Assembly: GCA_965214615.1 (NCBI GenBank)
Contig: OZ243952.1
Location: forward strand, 2,648,468 to 2,712,467
Direction of reading: 5' to 3'
DNA length: 64,000 nt
Origin: Arenicellales bacterium
GTDB lineage: Bacteria > Pseudomonadota > Gammaproteobacteria > Arenicellales > JAJDZL01
This document shows, piece after piece, positions 9,346 through 18,212 of this stretch. Made by a program: the position numbers and the translations under genes. Below the pieces are notes generated by a model that saw only the letters and a program-made list of their open reading frames with translations, was not told the origin of the DNA and made no database searches. Numbering within the stretch: position 1 is the stretch's first letter; every line of letters begins with the position of its first letter.

Positions 9346-10932
9346 ATGAATAACCATCGCCCATTTGATTTTTCAAACTCCGATGTATCGCGACGAAGAT
9401 TCCTGAAGGCTTCCGGAGCCCTGGGAATTGCCGGCGCCGCGCCGAATCTGCTCATCGGATCGTCAGCGCTGGCAGCGACTCCGGTCACAGGCGGCCATCT
9501 GCGCATCGCGATGCCCCACGGCTCCTCGACCGATTCGCAAGATCCGATCCGCCTGATCAGCGGCCATACGATCATGATGTTCTATTCGATTCACAGCACT
9601 TTGACGGAAGTGGCACCGAACGGTCAGCTGGTTCCTTTGCTGGCCGAATCCTACGAAGCCGGAATGGATCCTACGGAATGGATATTCAAACTGCGTTCAG
9701 GCGTGACTTTTCAAAATGGCAAGAGCGTGACCGCAGATGACGTGATTGCGTCGATCAACCGCCACCGCGGGGAAGATTCGGAATCTTCCATGAAGGCATT
9801 CATCCAGGATGTCGACTCCATCACCAAGGACGGCGACCTGGTGGTTAAATTCAAGCTGAAAAACGCCAGCGTCGACTTTCCGGTCGTTCTCAGTGACGCA
9901 GTCCTGTCTATTCTGCCATCAAAGGACGGAAAAGTTGAGACATTCGGTGTCGGCTGCGGCGCCTATGCACTGACTGAATTCGAGCCTGGGCAGTATTCGA
10001 AATACGAGCGCAACCCGAACTACTATATGTCGGACCGCGGATTCGTCGATTCTGCCGAATTGCTCACCATTGCGGACTCGACAGCGCGCCAGAATGCGCT
10101 GGTGACAGGTCAGGTTGATTTTATCGGCGATGTCGATCCTGCAACTGCCGAACTGCTGGGGCGCAACGGTAATATTCAGATTCTCAATGTCCCGAGCACC
10201 CAGCACTACACCTTCCCCATGCGCACCGATCTGGCTCCGTTTGACAATAACGATGTGCGAATGGCCTTGAAGCTTTCGATTGACCGCGAAGCGGTGCTGG
10301 ACACGATTCTGAGCGGATACGGCAGCCTTGGAAACGACCATCCGATTTCACCGGCCAACCGCTACTACCATTCCGAACTTGAACAGCGGGTCTACGATCC
10401 GGAAAAAGCCAAATGGCATCTCAAGCAGGCGGGAATGAGCGACTTGAAGGTCAAGTTGAGCGCATCGGACAGCCTGTATAAGGGCTGCGTCGATACCGTC
10501 GTGCTGTTCAGCGAGCATGCCAAGGCTTCCGGCGTCGAATTGATACCGAATCAGGTTCCCGATGACGGCTACTGGTCCGATGTCTGGCTCAAGCATCCGT
10601 GGTGTTCAAGCTACTGGAGCGGCAGGCCCACCGAGGACTGGATGTTCACTCAGGGCTATTCGGCAACATCCAACTGGAATGAATCCTATTGGAAGAATGA
10701 CCGCTTCAATGAACTGCTCGTGGCAGCAAGATCTGAACTGAATGACGACACGCGCCGGCAGATGTACTGGGACATGCAGGAAATCTGCCGCAACGACTGC
10801 GGATCGGTGATTCACGCCTTTGCGAATCACGTTTCAGGACACACAGACAATCTGGGTGTGCCTGACCAAGTGGCCGGAAACTGGGATTACGACGGCTACA
10901 AGATGATCGAGCGCTGGTGGATCAAAGGCTAA
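9346..10932 (+). CDS. ABC transporter substrate-binding protein, family 5, Tat signal, paralogue 2
   Basis: ATG at 9346 (MNNHRPFDF...SRRRFLKASGALGIAGA) preceded by GAGAGGA. It shares long identical runs with paralogue 1, for example LAPFDNNDVRMALKLSIDR and SYWSGRPTEDWMFTQGYSA. Confidence 0.9.
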   Translation: MNNHRPFDFSNSDVSRRRFLKASGALGIAGAAPNLLIGSSALAATPVTGGHLRIAMPHGSSTDSQDPIRLISGHTIMMFYSIHSTLTEVAPNGQLVPLLAESYEAGMDPTEWIFKLRSGVTFQNGKSVTADDVIASINRHRGEDSESSMKAFIQDVDSITKDGDLVVKFKLKNASVDFPVVLSDAVLSILPSKDGKVETFGVGCGAYALTEFEPGQYSKYERNPNYYMSDRGFVDSAELLTIADSTARQNALVTGQVDFIGDVDPATAELLGRNGNIQILNVPSTQHYTFPMRTDLAPFDNNDVRMALKLSIDREAVLDTILSGYGSLGNDHPISPANRYYHSELEQRVYDPEKAKWHLKQAGMSDLKVKLSASDSLYKGCVDTVVLFSEHAKASGVELIPNQVPDDGYWSDVWLKHPWCSSYWSGRPTEDWMFTQGYSATSNWNESYWKNDRFNELLVAARSELNDDTRRQMYWDMQEICRNDCGSVIHAFANHVSGHTDNLGVPDQVAGNWDYDGYKMIERWWIKG

Positions 10933-10961
10933 TTCGCTTGCGCTAAGCGCCATGCAATCTC

Positions 10962-11005
10962 AAAGTCCGGCAAAATATCGTCTTTTGCCGGACTTTTCTT
11001 TTTTC
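10962..11005 (+). terminator. strong rho-independent terminator after SBP paralogue 2
   Basis: Perfect 14-bp stem AAAGTCCGGCAAAA/TTTTGCCGGACTTT, 7-nt loop, then TCTTTTTTC. Confidence 0.8.
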
Positions 11006-11009
11006 AAAA

Positions 11010-12449
11010 TTGACTATTCAAGGAACAAGACGGCAGTCCCCGCGCGAACAGAAAGCGCGGCGAAGGGCCAAATCGCGCTGGCAGCATTCGAAAAGAATCC
11101 AGAACCTGTCGCTTGAACTGGTCGATTCGCCATGCGCCGCGCGCATCCACGAAGCGGTTAAGACGATCCTTTGGACCGTGGGAGTAATTGTCGATCATGC
11201 AGACACTCGCAAGAATCTAATCCGCAATCACGGCTGCCTGGAAGCCGATCGCGGATACATTCGCATTCCGCCGGATCTGGTAGAGCAGTCTCTCGCCACT
11301 GTGCCGGACAAAATCATACTCTATGATCTTGACGGCAACATAAAGGTCGACACGAGCAGCAAGATCTCGAGCTATTGCCCGGGTCACAACTGCGTGCGGA
11401 TTCTTGATCACCGCACCGGCCAGTTGCGCCCATGCCTGCTTGACGACGTCCGTGAAACCGCCCGGCTCTGCGAGCAGCTCCCCAACATTGACATGGTCTG
11501 CTCCCTAGGCTATCCAAGCGAAGTGCCAGCAGAAGACGAAGCGGTCGAAACAACCAGGGCGATGTACGAAAACAGCACCAAGCCGGCCGCATTGCTCGCT
11601 CACGACGAACACATACAGCAGCGGATGATGTCGGTCATTGCCGACCGAGCCGGCGGCTGGAACCGGCTTGCAGAAAAGCCTGTGTCTATTGAACTGATGG
11701 GACCGGTCTCACCGCTGCAGCTGCCGGACGAACTGTGCGCAAGACTGATTAATTGTGCGCGGTGGCGGGTGCCTGTGGTGTGCTATCCGGCGACGTTTCC
11801 AGGCATGTCATGCCCGATTTCGATCGCCGGTGCCATTGCGCAGTCCTCGGCCGAAGCCATCGCTGGAATCGTGGTGCACCAGATAACGGAGCCCGGCGCT
11901 CCGGTGCTCAGCGGTTCGGCGATTCTTCCGATGGATCTGCGCCAGGCGAATCTGGCCTACGGATCGCCGGAATACATGCTTTCGAGCCTTGGAGCCAGCG
12001 ACTACTTCCGGCATGCCGGAATCCCGTCGTGGATTGGCGCCGGGTGTTCGGATTCACACCAGTTCGATGCTCAGGCGGCTGCAGAGATCGGAGCGAATCT
12101 GGCCATTGCCGCAATGGCCGGAACGCCATTCGTCCACAACCTCGGCTTTCTGTCCGGCGGACGTACCGGCTCGCTCGAAATGCTTACGCTGTGCGATGAA
12201 ATGATCGGCTGGAGTGCGAAAATGGCCGGTGGGATCGCATTCAACTCTGAAACCATCGCAGTCGAGGTGATTCAGCGCGCGGCGACATCCAATGAATTTC
12301 TCACCGACCCGCACACCCAGGACAGATATCTGACCGAAAACTGGTACCCGTCACTGTCTGAACGATCCGATGCCGAAGCGTGGCTGGAGTCGGGAGGACT
12401 GGATATGCAGCAGCGAATACGCCAGCGGATCGCCGAACTGATCGGCTAA
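11010..12449 (+). CDS. MttB-superfamily (trimethylamine methyltransferase family) protein, non-pyrrolysine type, copy 1
   Basis: Full-length MttB-like sequence with no in-frame TAG. It has a basic N-terminal tail (TRRQSPREQKARRRAKSR). The only available start is TTG at 11010, or a nearby non-ATG codon, so the start is uncertain. Confidence 0.85.
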   Translation: MTIQGTRRQSPREQKARRRAKSRWQHSKRIQNLSLELVDSPCAARIHEAVKTILWTVGVIVDHADTRKNLIRNHGCLEADRGYIRIPPDLVEQSLATVPDKIILYDLDGNIKVDTSSKISSYCPGHNCVRILDHRTGQLRPCLLDDVRETARLCEQLPNIDMVCSLGYPSEVPAEDEAVETTRAMYENSTKPAALLAHDEHIQQRMMSVIADRAGGWNRLAEKPVSIELMGPVSPLQLPDELCARLINCARWRVPVVCYPATFPGMSCPISIAGAIAQSSAEAIAGIVVHQITEPGAPVLSGSAILPMDLRQANLAYGSPEYMLSSLGASDYFRHAGIPSWIGAGCSDSHQFDAQAAAEIGANLAIAAMAGTPFVHNLGFLSGGRTGSLEMLTLCDEMIGWSAKMAGGIAFNSETIAVEVIQRAATSNEFLTDPHTQDRYLTENWYPSLSERSDAEAWLESGGLDMQQRIRQRIAELIG

Positions 12450-12536
12450 TTCCTGTATCATCTGAATCCACCGAATTCGCGGCAAATCCTTGCAAAGCTA
12501 CCGGGTCGGCACCTTTTCGTGACACACATTCTAACA

Positions 12537-13475
12537 ATGATCGCAAAGCGCGTCCTGCTCGGCCTGCTGACGCTGTTCGCAGTGACGCTGGTCATATTCC
12601 TTGCCATATCGCTTCTGCCAGGCGACGCCGCCGAAGCAATTCTCGGACAGTCGGCCACACCGGAGACTGTCGCGGCTCTTCGCACAAAACTTGGCCTCGA
12701 CCTGCCAGCCCACATTCGCTATTTCACCTGGCTGGGCAATATTGTGCAAGGAGATTTCGGCACTTCGATCGGAAACGGACGTGAAATCAACGAAGTGCTC
12801 GGTACCCGGTTCTACAACACGATATTTCTCGCAACCTTTGCCGCGTGCATCGCGGTGCCGTTTGCGTTGATTCTGGGGATTCTTGCAGCGCTTTACCGCA
12901 ACAGCTATTACGACCGCTCAGTCAACGTGGTCACCCTGTCATCGATTTCGACACCTGAATTTTTTGTCGCCTACATCCTGTTGCTGCTCATATCGGTCAA
13001 GGCCGGCTGGCTGCCGAGCCTGGCCAATGTCAGAGTGGATACGCCGTTTACCGAGCATCTGGAAAAGACGCTGCTGCCTGCAATTGTCCTGACGCTCGTG
13101 TCGATGGCCCACATGATGCGCATGACGCGCGCTGCGATCATCAATCTTCTATCGCACGAGTATATCGAGATGGCGTCGCTGAAAGGTATGAAGAAATTCC
13201 GCGTGATCACGCGCCATGCCCTGCCCAACGCCTGGGCGCCGATCGTCAACGTGGTTGTGCTGAATCTGGCCTACCTTGTCGTCGGTGTGATCGTGGTCGA
13301 GGTGGTGTTTGTCTACCCCGGTCTCGGGCAATTTCTCGTCGACGCCGTTCAGCGGCGGGACATGCCGGTCGTTCAGGCATGCTGCCTGATATTTGCCGCG
13401 ACCTATATCCTGCTGAATCTGGTCGCCGATGTGCTTTCAATACTGACCAATCCGCGGCTGCTGCATCCGAAATAG
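12537..13475 (+). CDS. ABC transporter permease (DppB/OppB-like)
   Basis: ATG at 12537 (MIAKRVLLGLLTLF...). Typical N-terminal block LPGDAAEAILGQSATPE and a multi-pass membrane protein. Confidence 0.9.
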   Translation: MIAKRVLLGLLTLFAVTLVIFLAISLLPGDAAEAILGQSATPETVAALRTKLGLDLPAHIRYFTWLGNIVQGDFGTSIGNGREINEVLGTRFYNTIFLATFAACIAVPFALILGILAALYRNSYYDRSVNVVTLSSISTPEFFVAYILLLLISVKAGWLPSLANVRVDTPFTEHLEKTLLPAIVLTLVSMAHMMRMTRAAIINLLSHEYIEMASLKGMKKFRVITRHALPNAWAPIVNVVVLNLAYLVVGVIVVEVVFVYPGLGQFLVDAVQRRDMPVVQACCLIFAATYILLNLVADVLSILTNPRLLHPK

Positions 13476-13485
13476 GTCTGCTGCC

Positions 13486-14358
13486 ATGTATTCGCTGCAA
13501 GCCCGATCGAAATCCGTATCCGGAATGTCCATCGCCTTAAAGGCGCTTGGCGAGGCCCCGCTGAGCGCCAAATTCGGCGTGCTGGTAATCGTAACTTATA
13601 TTTTTGTCGCGCTTTTTGCTCCATGGATCGCTCCTTACGGCGAATCGGAAATCGTCGCCCGGAAATTTCAGCCATGGGACGACAGCTTTCTGCTTGGAAC
13701 CGACCATCTCGGACGCGACATGCTGACACGGATCATCTATGGAGCGCGAAACACCGTCGGAATCGCATTGCTCACGACGATTCTGGCATTTCTGCTAGGC
13801 GGCATCACCGGCATACTGGCCGCTGTGCTCGGCGGCTGGCTGGATCAGCTCATGAGCCGGATTGTCGATGTGTTCATGGCGATCCCTGCGCTGATCTTCG
13901 CCATGCTGCTGCTCTCGATATTCGGCACATCGATTGTCAATCTGATCGTCATTATGAGCGTGCTTGACTCCACCCGTATTTTTCGCATCGCCCGGGCTGT
14001 AAGCCTGAACGTAGTTGTCATGGACTTCATCGAGGCTGCGAGGCTGAGAGGTGAAAAGCTGCCCTGGATCACCATTCAGGAAATACTTCCGAACATATCG
14101 GCGCCGCTGGCCGCTGAATTCGGTCTGAGGTTCTGCTTTGTGTTTCTTACCATCAGCGCCCTGAGCTTTCTGGGGCTGGGCATTCAGCCCCCGATTGCGG
14201 ACTGGGGATCGATGGTTCGCCAGACAGCGATTTTGATTACGTTCGACGACTACACGCCGCTGATCCCGGCGGCAGCGATTGCGTTGCTCACGGTGGCGGT
14301 CAATTTTGTCATTGACTGGTTCTTGCACAAGACTTCCGGGTTGAAAGACGATGTCTGA
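13486..14358 (+). CDS. ABC transporter permease (DppC/OppC-like)
   Basis: Hydrophobic multi-pass protein with LGTDHLGRDMLTRIIYGAR, typical of DppC-type permeases. It lies 10 nt after the preceding stop. Confidence 0.9.
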   Translation: MYSLQARSKSVSGMSIALKALGEAPLSAKFGVLVIVTYIFVALFAPWIAPYGESEIVARKFQPWDDSFLLGTDHLGRDMLTRIIYGARNTVGIALLTTILAFLLGGITGILAAVLGGWLDQLMSRIVDVFMAIPALIFAMLLLSIFGTSIVNLIVIMSVLDSTRIFRIARAVSLNVVVMDFIEAARLRGEKLPWITIQEILPNISAPLAAEFGLRFCFVFLTISALSFLGLGIQPPIADWGSMVRQTAILITFDDYTPLIPAAAIALLTVAVNFVIDWFLHKTSGLKDDV

Positions 14359-16006
14359 GTCGGAACAGTACCTGCTCGAGATCAGCAACCTTCAGATTGA
14401 AGGGTTCAGCGACGACCGCTGGCACCAGATTGTCAAGGGAGTCGATTTGACTTTGGAGCGCGGCGAAGTGCTTGGGCTGATCGGCGAATCCGGAGCCGGA
14501 AAATCGACCATCGGCATCGCAGCGATGGGATACTGCAAGGCCGGATGCAGAATCAAGCCGGGCAGCAGCATACGCTTCGACGGCTTGGATCTGACCGCGG
14601 CAACCGAGGAAGAAAGAAGACGTTTGCGCGGTTCTCGCATCGCCTATGTGGCGCAAAGCGCAGCGGCCTCGTTCAATCCGGCGCACAAGCTGATCGATCA
14701 GTTCAGCGAGTGCGTGGTCCAGCATGGAGTGGGAAGTCGCGAAGACGCCTATGCCGACGCGAAGGATTTGTATGCAAAAATCAAGATGCCCGACCCGGAC
14801 ATGATCGGCTTTCGCTATCCTCATCAGGTTTCCGGAGGTCAATTGCAGCGCGCAATGACTGCGATGGCATTGTCGTGCCGTCCGGATCTGATCATATTTG
14901 ACGAACCGACGACGGCGCTTGATGTCACGACCCAGATCGAGGTCCTGGCCACCATCCGCAACATCGTGGAGCACTTCAACACTTCGGCGATCTATATCTC
15001 CCACGATCTGGCCGTGGTGGCGCAAATGGCAGACAAGATCATCGTGCTGCGTTACGGTGAACTTGTCGAAGAGGCTGAAACCCGCACCATGCTCGCCGAT
15101 CCGCAGCAGGACTATACGAAGTCGCTCTGGGCTGTCAGAACCTTTCAAAAGCATGAGAAAGCACGTTCCGGCGATGCACAGGCCCTGATTCATGTCGAAC
15201 AAGTGAGTGCCAAGTATCCGGGCACGTCGAGCGAAGTCCTCACTGGCGTGGACTTCGAGATTCGCAAAGGCGAAACCGTCGCCGTTGTCGGCGAATCGGG
15301 CAGCGGCAAGAGTACTGCCGCGCGCGTGATTACAGGTCTGCTCGCACCGATCCAGGGCCAGGTTGTATTTAATGGCGAACCCCTGCCTCCTGATCACCTC
15401 AACCGGTCCCGGGCGCAGTTGAAGAACATCCAGATGATCTATCAAATGGCTGACACCGCAATCAACCCGCGCCATAGAATCCGCAAGATTGTCGGCCGGC
15501 CGCTGAGTTTCTACCTTGGGTTGGAGGGAGACGAAAAGCAGCGCCGGCTGGACGAACTGATGAATATGATCGAAATGGATCCGAAGCAATATCTTGATCG
15601 GTATCCGGCGGAATTGTCGGGCGGTCAGAAACAGAGAATCTGCATTGCCCGCGCACTGGCGGCTGATCCGCTATTCATCATTTGCGACGAAGTGACATCC
15701 GCGCTGGATCAGCTTGTCGCAGAGGGCATTTTGCGCCTGCTCGACAGCTTGCAGCAGGAATTGGGCCTGGCCTACATGTTCATCACGCATGATCTGGCAA
15801 CGGTAAGGGCAATTTCGGATCGCGTTGTCGTAATGCTGCAGGGACGCATTGTCGAGCAAGGTCCGAAATCAGAAGTGCTGAACCCGCCACATCATGAGTA
15901 CACCGAGTTGCTGCTGTCATCGGTGCCGGAAATGAATCCCGACTGGATGGACGCAATCATGGCGAAGCGCCAGGGGCGCGGCGGCATTCGCGCTGCGGGA
16001 AACTGA
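14351..16006 (+). CDS. ABC transporter ATP-binding protein with two fused ATPase cassettes (DppD-DppF type fusion)
   Basis: Two Walker A sites (GESGAGKST, GESGSGKST) and two signatures (VSGGQLQR, LSGGQKQR). The start overlaps the permease stop by 8 nt. Confidence 0.92.
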   Translation: MSESEQYLLEISNLQIEGFSDDRWHQIVKGVDLTLERGEVLGLIGESGAGKSTIGIAAMGYCKAGCRIKPGSSIRFDGLDLTAATEEERRRLRGSRIAYVAQSAAASFNPAHKLIDQFSECVVQHGVGSREDAYADAKDLYAKIKMPDPDMIGFRYPHQVSGGQLQRAMTAMALSCRPDLIIFDEPTTALDVTTQIEVLATIRNIVEHFNTSAIYISHDLAVVAQMADKIIVLRYGELVEEAETRTMLADPQQDYTKSLWAVRTFQKHEKARSGDAQALIHVEQVSAKYPGTSSEVLTGVDFEIRKGETVAVVGESGSGKSTAARVITGLLAPIQGQVVFNGEPLPPDHLNRSRAQLKNIQMIYQMADTAINPRHRIRKIVGRPLSFYLGLEGDEKQRRLDELMNMIEMDPKQYLDRYPAELSGGQKQRICIARALAADPLFIICDEVTSALDQLVAEGILRLLDSLQQELGLAYMFITHDLATVRAISDRVVVMLQGRIVEQGPKSEVLNPPHHEYTELLLSSVPEMNPDWMDAIMAKRQGRGGIRAAGN

Positions 16007-16028
16007 GCAAGACAGGCGGCAGAATCCC

Positions 16029-16643
16029 TTACTGATCATCGTCGGCCGGATCGCCGACACGGCTGATGCCCAGGGCATTGATATAGCGCACCCAGTAGGC
16101 AAAGCATGCAGTCGCCTGCACGGCCTCGAGAATCTGCGTATCCGTAATGCCGGCGCTGCGCAATCCCGCGATGTCCTGCTCGCTCATGGATTCCGGGGTG
16201 CGGGACAGCTTTGCGCCAAACCCCAGCAAGGCCGCCTGCGCGGGCGTGAACAGGCTGCGGTCGGAAAAATTGTCCCCCTCGACAGCATGAAGCATTGCGC
16301 GGGCGCGACTCTCGTCACCGAGTCGCGCACAGAACTGTCTGCCGTGATAGTGGGTCGCGTATTCGCAATCGGCAATGATCGCGACCTGGGTTGCGAGCAG
16401 TTCGAGAAACCAAGCTTCGGTTTGATTGGTCTCGCCGTGCAGAATTTCGCGGTAGTGCCGATCTGCGGAAATCAGCGGCCCTGGCTGCAGTGACGACGCG
16501 AGATAAAGGTTGTAGGCTCTGCCATGGATGACCTCCAGCTGCCGGTAAATCTCCCGCGAATCCGGCGTGGCCTGTTCAGGGTCGATCATTTCAATCCAGC
16601 AAGGTGCCGATTCGTCTTGCATAGCTGACCTTCTATTGTTCAT
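16029..16643 (-). CDS. carboxymuconolactone decarboxylase (CMD)/AhpD-like, peroxidase-related protein
   Basis: Two CMD-like halves. The C-terminal ITDTQILEAVQATACFAYWVRYINALGI block is typical of the peroxidase-related CMD subgroup. Confidence 0.75.
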   Translation of the reverse strand: MNNRRSAMQDESAPCWIEMIDPEQATPDSREIYRQLEVIHGRAYNLYLASSLQPGPLISADRHYREILHGETNQTEAWFLELLATQVAIIADCEYATHYHGRQFCARLGDESRARAMLHAVEGDNFSDRSLFTPAQAALLGFGAKLSRTPESMSEQDIAGLRSAGITDTQILEAVQATACFAYWVRYINALGISRVGDPADDDQ

Positions 16644-16694
16644 TCAGATGAAATACATCAACTTGCCGGATAATTGCCGGTACATATGAGTCAA

Positions 16695-16956
16695 TCAGTC
16701 CCGTTCAACTTTCATGGTCATTAATTTCCGGGTTTCGGCACTGAACACCGCCCCAATCAAGAAAATCTCGTCAGTGCCTTGGCGGTACTTCTGCGCATAT
16801 TCCCTCTCGCGAATCTGACGAATCGCGTCTTTCGCCGTGTGATCCACATCCTGACCTTGGGCGACCATCTTCAGTTCGAACACGAACACCTGTGCGCCGA
16901 GCAGTGCGAATGGTTTGAAAATTCGCGATTCCGATAGGGAACTTAAGGCGATTCAT
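16695..16956 (-). pseudogene. internally deleted remnant of an AAA-ATPase_like/PD-(D/E)XK (PDDEXK_9) family gene
   Basis: N-terminal signature MNRLKFPIGIANFQTIR (16900-16956). In another frame, the family's C-terminal end is present: FVFELKMV...AKDAIRQIREREYAQKY...IFLIGAVFS (16695-16889). The roughly 1.4 kb that normally lies between them is missing. Confidence 0.6.
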
Positions 16957-17305
16957 GGATAGACTTGGAGGATTGGCGTTAGATCAATTGTACAACACCG
17001 AAAACAGTAGGCACCGAATAAGCCGATGAATGTCGCCAAGATCAAGCGCCAATGGCATCGGCAGGCCGGTTTCCCGACGCATAGCGAGGCAATGCACATC
17101 AACATTTTGCGCTGCATACGGATCCCGACTTCATTGAATTCGACACCGGCACCAACGATTTGATCCGGCAAGCGTCACGTGCGTCGTATTGATAGACCTG
17201 AAATTATGCGGCGCACAACCAAAAATTATTCTAAACTACAAGGATTCGGCAGCGATACGCTGGCCGAATGGTTGCATGTTTTTGTTGCGTGATGGAGGAG
17301 CAATC

Positions 17306-18187
17306 ATGGGATACAAGACAATCAAGACAACACGTCGTTCGCCGTATCTGGGCGCATTTGTGGAAGGAGTCGACCTAGGCCGAGCGCTAACCGAGGAAGT
17401 CGTTTCAGAGATCAGGTCGGCTTTGCTTGAATTCGGTGTACTGTTCTTTAGAAAGCAGAATGTATCAGAATCTGCGCATATCAGACTGGGTTCGTACTTC
17501 GGCAAGCTCGACGAACCGCACCCGGTTTTTGATTACAATCAGGACGATCCGCGCCTGACCATTATCGAATCAAAGGGGCGGCCGGCTGATTCCGAGCATT
17601 ACTGGCACACGGACGTCACCTATCAGGAAGCCCCGTCCATGGGGTCCATCCTGATTGCCAGAAAAATTCCCGATTATGGCGGTGATACGCTGTTTGCCAG
17701 CATGTATGCCGCATATGACCATCTGTCTGCGCCGATCCAGATAATGCTTGAATCGCTGACAGCGCAACATTCATTTGAACGGGGCTGGGGAGCTACCTTT
17801 CGATTGCGTAGTGACGGCGAGGACCGAATGCATGAGATGAGAAAGGCTTTTCCGCTGATGACGCATCCTTGTCTTCGAACGCATCCGGAGACCGGTAGAA
17901 CGGCACTTTATGTCAACGAATACTATACCCAGCGCATCAATGAACTGAATGAACCGGAAAGCGAAGGCTTGCTCAAACTGCTGTTTCACCAGTCGCAACT
18001 GCCTGAGTTTCAAGTCCGGCATCAGTGGCAAGTCGGCGATGTGGCCTTCTGGGATAATCGCTGCACCCAGCACTATGCGTCTCACGACTACGGTGCGACG
18101 CACAGGCTCATGAACCGGGTGACGATTGTCGGAGACAGACCGTATTTCAAGAAACAGGCACGACAGGGACAGGCATTAGCTGCTTAG
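17306..18187 (+). CDS. TauD/TfdA-family Fe(II)/2-oxoglutarate dioxygenase (taurine-dioxygenase-like)
   Basis: GGAGGAG Shine-Dalgarno 6 nt before the ATG at 17306. HxD iron motif WHTDVTY. GGDTLFASM and FWDNRCTQH blocks. Confidence 0.9.
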   Translation: MGYKTIKTTRRSPYLGAFVEGVDLGRALTEEVVSEIRSALLEFGVLFFRKQNVSESAHIRLGSYFGKLDEPHPVFDYNQDDPRLTIIESKGRPADSEHYWHTDVTYQEAPSMGSILIARKIPDYGGDTLFASMYAAYDHLSAPIQIMLESLTAQHSFERGWGATFRLRSDGEDRMHEMRKAFPLMTHPCLRTHPETGRTALYVNEYYTQRINELNEPESEGLLKLLFHQSQLPEFQVRHQWQVGDVAFWDNRCTQHYASHDYGATHRLMNRVTIVGDRPYFKKQARQGQALAA

Positions 18188-18212
18188 TCCGAAAGCAGGA
18201 TATAAGTCAGAT

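Noticed and set aside
14309-15589. 426-aa ORF antisense to the fused ABC ATPase. Similar long antisense ORFs occur at 23961-25208, 37967-39136, 53601-54668, 55960-57078, 62465-63463, 28799-29701, 32712-33608, 35173-35994 and 18905-19747.
   Set aside because: Each lies opposite a gene with unmistakable family motifs. Each translates to Arg/Pro/Cys/His-rich low-complexity sequence without motifs. These are typical shadow ORFs of GC-rich coding DNA.
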